A DNA stretch of 64,000 nucleotides from Utricularia gibba (taxonomy: Eukaryota > Plantae > Magnoliophyta). Positions 1 to 13,032 of the stretch are shown one piece after another; the first letter of the stretch is position 1; every line of letters starts with the position of its first letter. Location of the stretch: the NCBI GenBank assembly GCA_002189035.1, contig NEEC01000002.1, positions 4,154,001 through 4,218,000 of the forward strand, written 5' to 3'. Under the pieces are notes generated by a model that was not told where the DNA came from, did not search any database, and saw only the letters and a program-made list of their open reading frames with translations. The position numbers and the translations under genes are program-made.

Positions 1-367
1 CGGAGCTCACCGAAAAATATCTTTGCTAGATGAAAGTGAGGGAAAAATGCAGGTTTGAGGGCTTAGAGTCCAACCGTTTCCTCTTTAGAATTTCCCCTAC
101 TTATAGAAGAGGTCAATCTGACTGAATCCTGAATTCTGCAGATGTCGGCTGCTTTCTGTGTCTATACTATTATCTTGTTTTTCATATAACTGCCACCTAC
201 ACTGCCGTCATTTGGCCACTTTTCAGACTATGCAATACGGCTGCTGCTGTCAAGTCTCTGACACATATCGGTCTGTCGGTCGACGCCAGATTGTCAGAAC
301 ACCTTTCAGCACCTTTTCAGTAGCCGATTAATTGCATCTGATTTATACCCCATCATTCAACCCCTCT
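1..367 (-). mobile_element. Probable 3' LTR (partial, runs off window) and PPT of a Tat-lineage Ty3/gypsy element
   Basis: Minus strand reads AGAGGGG-TTGAA-TGATGGGGTATAAAT: purine tract 361-367, short spacer, then TGATG LTR start at 355. It lies next to a Tat-type antisense ORF. Confidence 0.5.
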
Positions 368-847
368 GATTTGCCGATGTTGATCTTTTCAAGGCAAGTG
401 GGTGAATCAGGTATCAGTCGCCGATTTCGGGCATACCGCTTTCTCATGAGTAAGTCTTAAACCAATTTAGACCGATTTCCTCACCATGCGTCACCTCCTG
501 AGCGCGCCACGTTTTTTGTCACTCATTTTGGGCACCTCAAACGACGTGCGTTTTGTCTTCCGAATATCTCTCTTATAAATATGCGCTCTTCCCGTCATTT
601 CTCCCCTTTTCTTTCTCCGTTCATCCGTGAGATTTCAGCGCAGTTCGTGCCCCATCGTGCTCGTCCGCCACCTTCACCACCGTAAACCTGCTGGAAACTG
701 CGATTTTTTCAGGTATCATTCGGTTCTTCGCCCTTTTCATTCGACTTCTTGGGGTTTGATCGGGTTCCCCCTTTTCCTTCTGAGTTCTACCCTCCTTCAG
801 GTTTCCGCTTCATTCTAGGGTTTGATCCTTCTTTTGTTTTTCCGAAA

Positions 848-1855
848 ATGGGTAGAAGATCTGGCAAGTTGAATATCCCTTGTCTTCACATTCGATACTC
901 GATCCCCCGATGAGTACCAAATTTCTCATGCTCAGGATACCGAAATCCCTTGGGGGGTAGGCGAGAGCGCTCTCCCCCCTTTCAGCCTCCCGATTCCTCT
1001 CGCCTATTTTGAAAGCGGTTTATGCTTTCCTCTTCACCCTCTGATTGTCCGCTTTCTTCATATCTTCACAATACCGCTTTACTGCCTTCCCTCGAATTCC
1101 ATCTTTTACTTCACTACCTTTTTATTCTTTTTGGCTGGTATGGATTCGGCTATGACTTTAGTAGACTTTCTTCAACTTTTTAAGATAGCCATTCGTAAGG
1201 CAAAGTCTCTGATGGATGGCCGATCTCATTTCAAGTTCCACCGATTTGAGGACAATCCTAACTTCTTTGTGAAAGCTCTTGATACCCACTACAATTGGTG
1301 GTCTTCTTTTGTCTGGGTAGCACCCCCTTTGAGTTTTCGGTGGAACTTCCTAGTTAATCCCCCAACACCCATTAGAGTGAAACTCTTTGGTGCATATCGG
1401 TCCTCTTCCGAATCCCGCGAAGTCCTATACTAAAGGCTTAGCCGAGGTTCTATCTGGTACGAATCTAGTGCCTTGATGTTTTCGAGGGAATCTCTGAAGA
1501 GGCCAGGTATTATCGGTCGTTCTCACGACCCCCACTTGCCTGATATCGTGTCTTTCGAAGGTACCAATTTGCAAAATCCTCCCTCTAGTGCTTCTCCGAA
1601 TCTTCCCCTTATTCCAACTTCTTCCTCGATTCCCCTAACTGCTCAAACCATGGCCACCAAGAAAAAGAAGAGGGTTAAGGCGCTTGCCCATAAACCCTCT
1701 AAGAAACAAAGAGGTAGTTAGGTTCTGGTTCCCCAAGTTTCAACATTTGCAACGTGTCGTAACTGTTTTCCCGGTTTTCGGCTGCAGCTGAAGAGATGGC
1801 CTGGAGAAGTGCCCAGGAAAACTCGGTAATGGCCCGCTTTTCTACCGAGATGCAT
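848..1855 (+). pseudogene. Frameshifted Transposase_28/PF04195-like ('putative gypsy-type transposase') antisense ORF of a Tat element
   Basis: Joined frames give LAYFESGLCFPLHPLIVRFL...NSIFY...DFLQLF...WWSSFVWV, then a Pro/Ser-rich, basic tail (1473-1721). It is antisense to the LTR/PPT at 1-367. The right boundary is approximate. Confidence 0.7.
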
Positions 1856-2949
1856 TGATAATTTAGTTGATTTAGGTCTATCAATGCATACTTCCTTTTT
1901 GCAAGTAGGGTCATGGACTAATGTAAATGGTTCTAGTGACCATCTATCCTCAATACAAGTGGTTAAATTTGATTCTCATGTATCTTAATCTGCTGATCAA
2001 TATTGACCATCCAGCATGTGTGTACACATTCAATTACCTATAAATCAGAAATAAAAGCAAGCATATATAATGAAAATGATTTGTCATATATAATGGGAAC
2101 ATAGTATGCCAAAATTTTTCTATTTACGACACTCACATGTGCCTTGAGCAACCATGACCATACATTTCTTTTGTTTATTGTTTTTCTTATGAGTAGTAAC
2201 CAAAACCTTCATTTGTGCATAATCAACTAACTTTATTGATGCATGAGAAATTGGTTTATCCCAATTTGCATATAGCTCGTGCAGTTGATCAGGAAAAACA
2301 ATGTGTCATTGATATTGATCAAGTATTTTTTTATATCTTTAGGAGAAGTAATGCCCACATTTTGCAAACTTCACTGATTCATATAAACAACAACAACAAC
2401 ATTAGTAAGTGTGAATCCTCTTATCTTTGTAGTCTAGTCTCACACTCACCTATGCCAATGCGCATAGGAGTGAATGCGTTGCTTCCATTAATACTCGGTT
2501 CTTGCACCACACCTACATCATAGTCATAGTTGTCATTTCAAATTACATGGTTAATATAGAACTAGGTAAGAGTTGGACTTGTACGGGTACAAGGGTAGCA
2601 AGCATTCTGGGAGAGGTTTCTTCAATTCTCAAGAACAAAGTGAAACGTTTTGAAACAAACGAAAGTTACAAGGAAATTTACTTGCAAATTCACCAAGGGT
2701 TTGAGGGTAAATCTGTAAAATCTTGACAATTAACTGTTACCCCTGTACTTATCTCACCTGTAACCGCAATGTAACTCCCCATTTTGCAATAGGAACATAG
2801 CAAAAACTCTGCAAAATAACTCCTAGCTAAGTCTAAAAGTTCAAAAGTAAAATAACATGAAAATAAATATAAAAACAACCGAAATGAAACTTGGGTTGCC
2901 TCCCAAGAGCATCCTTGTTTTCAGTCCTGGACTAGACTTTGATGAAGTT

Positions 2950-5900
2950 CTACGTTGTTTCTGTGTCTCTTAGGACAAGAACTTCAACTTCTTCAGCCAA
3001 ACTATTTTGAAGATTTTCATAAAAAATCTTCAACCTATGTCCATTCACAATAAAACTTGTGTTAGTCTCTCCATCATAAACCTCCACTATTCCGTTTGGG
3101 AAAACTTCCTTCATTGTAAATGGTCCAATCCAACGAGATTTGAGTTTCCCTAGATGTAACTTCAGCCTAGATTGAAACAGCAAAACTTTCTGACCAACTT
3201 CAAAGGACCTCCTGGAAATATGCTTGTCGTGATAACTTTTAGTCCTAGATTTGAATAACTTTGAGATTTCATAAGTATCATTCCTCAATTCTTCCAGTTC
3301 TGAGAGTTGTAATTTTCTTTCGCTTGCACTGAGACTTTTATCAAGGTTTAACCTCTTCACTACCCACCAAGCCTTGTGCTCTAATGCAGCAGGTAACCTG
3401 TAAGGTTTTCCATAAACTAACCTGAATGGCGAGGTTCCAATTGGTGTTTTATATGCTGTTCGAATTGCCCACAAAGCATCCCTTAGTCTCAGACTCTAGT
3501 CCTTCCTGTTCGGGATCACCACTTTCTCCAAAGTCTGTTTGATCTCCCTATTTGATGGCTTGTACCAGACGTTGAAATGCTTCAAAACATTTCTAAAGGC
3601 CTGATTATAAAAATGCGTACCTCGGTCATTGATCAGCGCCTTAGGAGTCCCTTACTGCACAAAAATGTTGTTATGCAGAAAATTTTATGGGGAATGGCCC
3701 CATAAAATCAATGCCCCAAACATAAAATAATTCACATACCAGGATTCCTTGCTGAGGCATTTCATCCCTATTTGATAAATTTCCCACTCTTTGGCAAGGC
3801 TCACAACCCTTACAATAAGCATAACAGTCTCTAAAAATGTGATGCCAGTAGAATCCACAGTCCAAAATTTTTTTGGCAGTACGGTTTGGTGCATGATGGC
3901 CACCAAAGGGTCCTACATGACAAGAATTTATAATCTTAGGAATTTAAAACTCATGAACACACCTTCGAATGATGCCATCATTGCATCTCTTCCAAAGGTA
4001 AGGATCAATATTTGGTGTCACTTTTCAGTTTGTTCTTCGTGCGATAATCAATTCCTAGAGGCATCACTCCCGTTGAAACAAAGTTAGCCAAGTCTGCGAA
4101 CCATGGTTCACAAATATTAGTCCTAACTGAGAATAATTGTTCATCCGGAAATGTTTCAATGATAGGACTTTCAGTCCTTTGCCCTTCCATCCTGCTGAGA
4201 TGGTCAGCAATCAAATTCTCCCTTCCAAGCCTGTCCTTAATTTCAACATCAAAGAGAACCCTCTGATCAGCCGTGGTTTGGTCTCCTTCTTCTCCATCAA
4301 GTGTTTTACAGCCGAATGATCAGTGTATACCACAACTTTGCTGCCTAAAAGATAGGAACGAAATTTTTCCAAAGCAAATATCACAGTCAAAAATTCTCTT
4401 TCAATCACAGTGTAATTTTTCTAGACTTCATCTAATGTTTTGGAAGCATAAGAAATAACATGATGTTTTCCTTCAATTTTCTATCCTAAAATTGCTCCTA
4501 CAACATGATTATTAGCATCACACATAATTTCGAAATCATACCTCCAATCTGGTGGTTGCATCACAAAAGCAGTAGTCATAGTCTCTTTCCTAGAAATAAC
4601 ATCAATCTTAGAAAAATTCTGAATAAATCTCCGTAAAAATCAACATGCCTCATAAATGATCTCACATCCTTAACATCAATGGGATACGGTAATTCAGTCA
4701 TAATCTCAATTTTTGCTTTGCCTACCTCAATACCTTTCCTAGAAATAACATGGTCAAGCACAATTCCATGATCAACCATAAAATGGCATTTTTCAGAATT
4801 AAGAACAAGATTTTTTTCAACACATTTTTGCAATACTTGATCCAAATGGTGTAAACATGACTCATAATTCTCTCCATATATTTTAAAATCGTCCATAAAA
4901 ATTTCAATAAAATCCTCACCTAAGTTTGAGAAGATGCTGGTCATACACCTCTGGAAGGTAGCAGGGGCATTGCACAACCCAAAGGGCATCCTTCTATAGG
5001 TATAAGTTCCAAATGGACAAGTAAAAGTTGTCTTGTCTTGATCCATACCTGAAATTGCAATTTGGTTATATCCACAATAACCATCTAAAAAGCAATAAAA
5101 AGATTTTCATGCTAATTTTTCAAGCATTTGATCAATGAAAGGTAAAGGGTAATGATCCTTCTTGGTCACTTCATTCAATTTCCTATAGTCTATGCACACT
5201 TTCCACACATTTTGGATTCTTTGTGGCACCTGTTCTCCCTTCTCATTCTCCACCACTGTCATACCAATTTTCTTGAGCACCACATGGATTGGACTCACCC
5301 ATTTACTGTCTGTGATGGAATAGATAATACCTACATCATGAAGTTTGACAATTTCCTTCTTTACCACTTCGATCATGTTGGGGTTGAGGCATCTTTGTGG
5401 CTGGCGAACTGGTTTAGCTCCATCTTCTAATAGAATCTTGTGCATACATACTGAAGGAGAGATGCCTTCAATATCTGCAAGGGTCCAACCAATTGCCTTA
5501 TTCTTTCTGATAAGCACCTCTAGCAGTCACGATTCTTGGTCTAAGCTAAGACTATTACAGATGATAACAGGGTTGTTCATTTCTTCATCCAAGAATGCGT
5601 ACTTCAGGTGTGTGGGCAGTGGCTTCAACTCAGCTGTTCTCTCCTCCAGGGTCTTGATTTGCATAGCATTCACTTGTTCTGACCCTTATTCAGCTTCCAC
5701 TCTTGCAAAAAATGATTCCTCATGCTCTTCTTCCTTCTCTTGAATGACCTTCTCAAAATGCTCCTCAACCAATTTATCCATGACGTCCACTGAGCATAGA
5801 CTCTCAAGGATGATGGTTGTATCCCTTGAACTTCCAGCAGGCATATTCACCACATAGAAGTCTGTTGGAAACACTAGCAGCTCAATCTTCACTAGAACAT

Positions 5901-7802
5901 CTTCAACCAAGCCTTTTGGAGAAATAACTCTTCGGTCAGCAAGCTCAATTTGCACTCCTGAGGCTTATAGAGATCCTAACCTGAGAGTCTCATACATAGA
6001 AAATGACATCAAGTTTATAGAGGCTCCTAGGTCAGCCATTGCTTTCCTGATGTTCAGGTCGCCTATTTTGCAAGGAATAAAAAATGTTCCAGGATCCTTG
6101 CGTTTTTCAGGTAGCTTCCAAGTCAAAAGGGCTGAGCAACTTTCACTTAGCTTCACCTTGCCTTTTTCCTTCATTTTTGGCTTTGACATATTGAGCTGCT
6201 TAAGGTACTTCACGCTTTTAGGCACTAAGTCAATACACTCCAACAATGTCAAATTTAATTGGGTATTACCCAAAGCTCTCAACATTTTTTCTTTCTCATT
6301 TTGCTCCTCTCTCACTTTCAGCGTTCCTAGAAATGGTGGTGGGGTTACTTTTACCATGAGAGGTTCTGTAGCAATTTCCACCTTCTATTCTTCAGCATCT
6401 CTTTCCACCACAACTTCATATTCTTCTCTCGCCGCTAAATTACTCTCAATTTGGACTCATTCTCTTCCAGGTTTTTCTTTTCTGCTTCTCAATGTCATTG
6501 CGCTGATATTTTGTCCTTCTCTAGAGTTGGGATTCTATTTGGCTTGCGACAGTAGGCTTCCTTTTTGCTTCAGTTCCCTAACCTCTGTTGCTAGCTGAGT
6601 AACTTGAATTTCCAGATTCTTGATAGCTTGTTAGTTCTCAGCTTGGTTTCTGATGGATTGGATCATAAAAATCTTCAAAATATCCTCCAATGAACTTCCA
6701 GAATTTCCTCCCGAATTATTCTGGTTTGGAGGCTGAAAGTGCTGTTGCATCTGTTGGTTTGGTTTGCGAAATGGTGGAGCTTGATAAGAACGTTGCTGCT
6801 GCTCCTAGAAATTTTGCTGAAATCCTTGCTGTCCAGCAAATGAACTCTCACCCTAGTAAGAATTATCATTGTTACTTCATCTGAAATTCGAATGATCCCT
6901 CCATCCAGGATTTAGGTGTTCAGTAGGGATCATATTTCTTCCTTTGTGGCTCCATATATCCCATAGCTTTCATATGCTCCTCCTCCATCAATTCGAGACA
7001 TTTATCAGCAATATGTCTCATCCTGTGGCAGTTCCTACAAGGCATATTTTTAGCTTGGAATAAAAATAACTCCTTCATCATCTTACATATGTCATCCACA
7101 TTTTTCATCAGCTCACTTTCTGATGACTTTGGCTTGCATTCTAGCTCATAGACTGTTCTGTTTGACACTTGCTTCCTAATGATGTGCCTGAAGTGCTCAG
7201 CCAACTCCTCAAGCAATGCAAGAGCCTATGTGGGAGTCTTTTTCCTCAAAAACCCACCTACTACAGAATCCACCATAGCTCTATCTGTGCATAGAAGTCT
7301 ATCATAAAAATATTTGACCAATGCATTGGTCTGAAATCCATGATGTGGGTAGTATCCTAGCAGATGATTAAAACGCTCTCAATATTTATGTAAAGATTCA
7401 CCATTTGACTGCTCAATGTCATTGATTTCCTTATTCCTTCAGCCGTTGAAGCAGGGAAATATTTGCTGAGAAATACTTTCTTCATCCCACTCCAATCTTT
7501 GATGCTCTCAGGCTTCAAAGAGTTGAATCACTTTTTTGCACTTCCTTCTAGTGTAAATTGGAATCCCCTCATACATATGGCATCCTCAGTCATCCCAGCA
7601 CTCTTAAAAGATGTGCAAATAGAGGTGACATTATCAAGATGTTCATGTGGGTTTTCACCCACTTTCCCATAATATTAAGGTAGAAAATTAATCATAGATA
7701 GCTTTAATTCGTTGGCTATGTCATCAGAAAACCTGATACACAACCCCTATACGTATGGTCAATTGCATCAAGTTCATTCAGGGTCTTCTCCTGTTCCGCC
7801 AT
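2950..7802 (-). pseudogene. Athila gag-pol polyprotein, multiple stops and frameshifts
   Basis: gag start MAEQEKTLNELD (7802); protease AMADLGASINLM (5965-6381); RT WKVCIDYRKLN, PFGLCNAPATFQRCM, FMDDF (4576-5517); RNase [17 protein letters not shown]; integrase WGIDFMGPF, RTAYKTPIG, KLKSRWIGPF. Confidence 0.92.
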
Positions 7803-7970
7803 GATAAAATTAGCTTGAGTTACAATAGGGAGTCTGCTCAACCTTGCTGCTTCTCTCACCCTTGTGCAGTTCTTGCTGATAGGTCTCTCGATTTCTGGAT
7901 AGATAACAAGATCGCCTACACTAGAAGAACGCAAATGTATCAACCAAATCTCAAAACAATTAAACACCGC

Positions 7971-7988
7971 TCCCCGGCAACGGCACCA
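7971..7988 (-). promoter_or_regulatory. Primer binding site for tRNA-Asp
   Basis: Plus strand TCCCCGGCAACGGCACCA matches the tRNA-Asp 3' end with 1 mismatch, 3 nt from the LTR terminus TGATAAACG at 7992. Confidence 0.85.
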
Positions 7989-8441
7989 ATTTGATAAACG
8001 AGGGAAAGGAAAGCATCTTCAGAAGACATCTTAATCAATATATTGTTCTCAAGGCTAAACAACAACATAAGATGCGTAACAGAGCATAAACAGTAAGTTT
8101 TTCAAGTAGGGAAAACGAAAACTAGTCTCAACTAAGAGCAGTGTTCATCAAGAACGAAAGAAAATCTTCAAAAGGGAAGCTTGTTCTTCTCTATCGTTAT
8201 CCCACTCCTTCTTCCCCTAGAAAAAATTCTCCAGAAAGCTATGTCGTGTGTCTCCAATGGGGGAAATCTTTTTTATCCCTCCATCTTGTCCCCCTTTTTA
8301 TCCAAAATCCTATTTTTTCATTTCTTGGATTTTGTATGTACTCCTTTTCAGACATTTTTCCTCATCCTTGCTACTACACTGTTCATATTTGGCTCATTGG
8401 GATTTGTGTTGACGACATATGCTGCATTGCTCAAAGAAAAC

Positions 8442-9916
8442 TGTTAAATGTCATTTTCTAGTTTATTATTAGGTATTATTATGTATTAATCTAGTGTTAA
8501 GTCTCCCAATTAGGAATTATATTGATAAGTAATTGATTTTCCTAGAAAAATTCTATTTTCCTATTTTGTATATATTTTCTTTGTCTTTTTCGTGCACTTT
8601 GACCGAGATATGTCAGGAGGCAGTTGTGGAGTGTTGCGGGAGGATAGACTCTGACTTGTCGTGCCTTGCACATAACTTGGAAAAATTGTGGGTGGAAGAC
8701 TGACATGGTATGTCAGAGTTTGCAGCAATGATTGGGCGCACTCAAAGGAAAGCTGGTGGCACACACAAGACACGGTATGTCTGACTTAATCTTCCCTCAT
8801 TTACTCCCACGCACTGTTCCTGATTCTAGCACTGTTCTCGGCCTGAACTTGCAGACTACAGGCGGCAGAACAGTGCCCTTTGTCTTCTACAGCTTGGTGA
8901 CTTGCACGAAATCCAGATTTCTTCCTTGACTTTCGGGTTGCTGCTAGACTCCAAAATCGGGTTAGACATGGGGTGGACTAAATCAAAGGATTTAGCCCAC
9001 TAATACACCAAAAATCATATTTTACCTAATCAAATAAAAATACTAAAAATTATAAAATTAGCATTTAAACATAATTAAAAATTTATGATTTTTCATATCT
9101 TAAAACATGAAAATTTGTCTGTTATCAATTCTTCTCCCCTCCAAGGAGGAATAATACTTAGCTTCCATTTTTCGTTCTGTTTTCATGACCTTTTGTGGCT
9201 AAAACCCCTTAGTTTCTAGGAGAAAATGAAAATTTCTTCCATGTCTTGAGCACTACACTCGGTTCTTCATTGAACTCATTCCGAATTTTGCATACTTACA
9301 CACATTTTGTTGCAGTCTTTCTATAACGACTCTTATTCACGGTTCATGAGTAGCAAGCCACTCCTCACGAGTCTTGATGAAGAGCAAGGTGAAGAGCACC
9401 AACTCCAACCCTATTGGTTCGAGAGAAGTTGCGAATTGTTTGTGACCGAGGTACCGCGATAGTGGACAGGTAGTGACCTCGTGCCTGCCACTGGTCATTG
9501 GCAACAGTTGGGCACACGCGCACAATTCGGTTTTGAAGGCAATCGACGGCAAACCTCTTGTCTTCTTAATCGTCCAAGGGGGAATCACATGAGGCTATTC
9601 CTGTGCCTCCTTATCAATCAGAGTGTAAGGGAGAGTAGATTATTCCTTACTCCTAGAACCAGCTATTCGGAGGGAATCAGTGAAACAAAGTCCACTTCCC
9701 AGGAACTGCAACCCATAGTCAAGGTTCATCACTTAGATTGTAACTTTTATTTTTGCATCTCAAAGATCCCTTTTTACAAATCCGTGACAATTTGTGAAAG
9801 TTTCCTATAAAACACTTTTCGCAAAACTCAACTCCCTGATATCGATACTTGTACTACGCTCTTTTGTGTTCTATGTTTTATATATTTAAAATTTGTTGAA
9901 GAAACGACATGCAACA
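8442..9916 (+). mobile_element. Solo LTR, Athila-type family B, with TSD AAAAC
   Basis: TGTTAAATG...GACATGCAACA; AAAAC at 8437-8441 and 9917-9921; alignable with 38468-39672. Confidence 0.85.
8788..9127 (-). repeat. 5' fragment (about 340 bp) of family-A LTR nested in the family-B solo LTR
   Basis: Closely matches the reverse complement of 22556-22890 and ends exactly at the LTR terminus (GTTATCA). Confidence 0.85.
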
Positions 9917-10489
9917 AAAACTATTAGAAGTAAGGTAGATTTAGTCCCAACTAAGACTAAAATAACACAACTACGTAATATGCGCAAAAATATAGAACTA
10001 GACAGTAAAACTTAATTTTTGTAACACAATATGAGTCATTTCCCTATACTCAATCACTCAAAAATATGTGTTATCACACATGCAACAGGACATGTGATGC
10101 ACATGTAAGATGGCACGTGGCATGCACATAATGATGGTCACTTGAATACATTTGATTGGCTAGACTAGTCTAAAGTAGAACAAGTTAAAACTAAATAGCA
10201 AAGTCCTTAAAGCTTGAATCCTCACATTTTACCCCAGAATAATAAATACTACGCAAAGTGGTCATAATATACAGCCCAGCCCAAATGGCCTGATTGTTCC
10301 TGGGCCTAGATTAATAATAAATTCACCCCAACAAGCAAATCAATGTAATATAGGCCCAAAATACGTTTTTCACTAAATAAATTCACTAACACTAATTTAC
10401 CCTATTTCACTTGACATTTTTACGTATTCTAACTCACCTAAATCCTTATCCCAACAGTGAAAAATAATCATAAATACTACCAATTTTGA

Positions 10490-11500
10490 CACAACATCAA
10501 CGTCCATAGGTATGTGGCTCTTCAATGCCCATTATTTTTCCAAATCGCATCACAAGTGAAGCGAATCCTCCATTTGCATCCCTGCTCCTTCATCTTATAA
10601 CAATGATATTCATTGTACATCCCCTGCTACACTTTATATGATACAAATTTACGACCACTTTTGAAACTGTATTTCACCACATCATTAATGAAGACTTATT
10701 TTGATTTAAATCGTTGACGTTTGAAGAATGAAGTGGGCACTAAGTTAATGGAATATGAGATATCTCTAGAATATGAATCTTCATCTTGTAAATCATTTCT
10801 AATAAAATTAGAAGGTGCTCAATGTGTGTCATCAATATCAGTTGATTCATGATTGAAAAAATCTTGTTTCCCTTCTTTTTCCTCATTTATATCCACGGAT
10901 TCCTCGATAGCCTCATTTCTTTGTACATCATAATTACAATCACAATCTTGCAACTCATCAAATAAAATGTCATTGGTGTCCAATTGGTCAAGCATATCAT
11001 CGTCGTCTTTTCACACAAAAAATAATCAAAATGAAGTAATATCTACCAATGGAATACAATTAAAGCATGGATATTTTAAAATTTTAGGGATTTCATCATA
11101 CCATCTTTTTGTGCATTTTTAACATTCTCAACATTCAAGTCACCATCAAACCCCACATTCTGCACTTCCACTACCTTTGGAACTTGATGAACAAAAATAT
11201 AAAATCTCAAATGTGCATGTGTCAGATTGAAAGCATATAATAAATCATGGTTGGAGCTAATACCCAGAATTTGTGTACCACCAAAAGAAGAGTCATAAAA
11301 TTGAATACTTATTTAAATTTCAAATTGGATTGGATATACATCATATATTGAATATAATTCTTCTCACAGACGACTCAATGATATCATGCCATTAAAACTT
11401 TGAATGCACACTGGTGGCATATCATATGCTATATAATTGTTGGGATATTCAATCACATTACCTCCATAGAAAATTTTTTCACTGATAATAATTGAATCCA
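10490..11500 (-). pseudogene. Mutator (MULE) transposase N-terminal/MuDR-domain remnant
   Basis: Minus translation FFKRQRFKSK*VFINDVVKYSFKSGRKF...CYKMKEQGCKWRIRF, preceded by an acidic region. The DDE domain was not seen. Confidence 0.7.
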
Positions 11501-11878
11501 TCTACTTACCTGCAATAGCTGAAATTAACTCTAGAATGAGAAAGAAGAAGGGAGGTGGATGAGTGTACAATTCACGAGGGGCAACATTTATATGATACAA
11601 AAGCACAATGTTGGGTAACAATGTAGGGACACCATGTCACGAGATATCAACTAATTAGACATATTACTTTTATAAAAGATTGGATGGGACTATACTTATA
11701 CTTTATATCACATCATTGTTTTAAATAATTGATACAATAAGACATGTGACATGGTCAATCATGTATATTAAATAACATAAGCTAGGAGGTTACTAATGGA
11801 TTGAACACTGTTTACTATCAATAACTAGAATCTAAAACCAACTATGTGCTATCTATTATTGTTGAGAAGCCCTAAGAT

Positions 11879-13032
11879 GTGTTTGAATGCTTCTTGTTTT
11901 CTGCAAGCAGCACTCACATGCATCTCGGCAATGTTTACCTCTGTGAGCATGAGGGATGGACGATAATTTTAGTGAAAGCCTTTGAAGTTGGCTTAAAATT
12001 TTCTTTGAACCCATTTTTAATCCATCTATTCACCCATCGAAATCTTCCATTCGATGCTCTTACACCTTCAGCTTTACTTCTGGTTTTTACTTTTCTTCAA
12101 TTTTCGAATGAAGAAGGAATTGAACCAACTATAGTTTGTTTCCTTTACATTGTACAATGGAAGAGTGATCCTCAATCTAGTGGATGGTATTTTCAAACCT
12201 ATAATCACAAGAAATTATTCTCTGTGGCATCTAGAGCTTTTGATAACAAGTGTAAGTATAACATCATTGTTATATCATCAAGTTATGCTAATTGGTCATT
12301 TCCATTTTTATACCTGAGAGGCAAAGCCATTAATACTGATCATGTTTTTTATTTGCTCCATAATGAGGAATATGAGGATATGAAGTCATCTTCACCAAAA
12401 GAATTACCATTGGCAATAGATAAAAAACAAGTCTCAATAGCTTAGGTGCTTAGGAATGAATGTCCCAGGTAATGTATGTTTTTTCATTTATGCTCATCAA
12501 CAATAACTACAAATATATCACATGCCGGATTACATCATATTTGAGGAGTTTCGGAATGGAATCAGGTAGAAGAGGAGCCAAGATGGGGCCATCGAAAATA
12601 GAGAGCACAACAACAACAAATTGATGAAGAAGGTGAAAATGAGGACATGGAGGAAGAAATCAAGGAATAGAGTAGCATGCCAAACATTCCAACTTCTTCT
12701 AAAATAGAAAACCTCAAAAGAAAGGTGCAAGAAAATGAGCCATCGTTGAAGATCTCAAGAATGCTAAAGAGGAGTTGATTGGTGTTAAGAATACACTGCA
12801 AGTCTTAAGAAAAGAAGTAGAAAAATTGAACAATGAGTTGACAATTCAAAGGTCAAAAGTGAAGGCATCTAATGCAACAAATAATAGGTTACAGAAGCAG
12901 TTAGACAATGCTAATCATCTATGGAAGGAAAAAGAGGGGCAAATATATACATTGAACGTGCCCCTTGAAACGACTCCAATTCCAATACAAGTGGTTTATA
13001 CTGAAGAATATGCATATCATTCTAGAAGTTGA
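11879..13032 (+). pseudogene. Second PF04195-like ORF (11879-12445) with acidic and coiled-coil tail fragments
   Basis: VKAFEVGLKFSLNPFLIHLF...LTPSA...EGIEPTI..F.Y....SGWYF, then an E/D-rich stretch and heptad-like LRKEVEKLNNELTIQRSK. Confidence 0.6.

Larger units (their letters stand above)
1856..10076 (-). mobile_element. Athila-clade Ty3/gypsy retrotransposon, degenerate; 5' LTR present (interrupted), 3' LTR missing
   Basis: gag-PR-RT-RH-INT order on the minus strand, tRNA-Asp PBS, and Athila post-integrase signature CTTGGGAGGCAACCCAA (minus, about 2891-2907). Confidence 0.9.
7992..10076 (-). repeat. 5' LTR of the Athila element (about 0.6 kb: 7992-8441 plus 9922-10076), split by a solo LTR
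   Basis: Termini TGATAAACG...ATGTGTTATCA; abuts the PBS; the inserted block is bounded by an AAAAC duplication. Confidence 0.75.

Noticed and set aside
9128-9142. PPT-like purine tract (minus) next to an LTR end, suggesting a tandem LTR-internal-LTR array or chimeric LTR
   Set aside because: The tract has a counterpart inside the family-B LTR at about 38900, and the AAAAC TSD explains the region as nested insertions.
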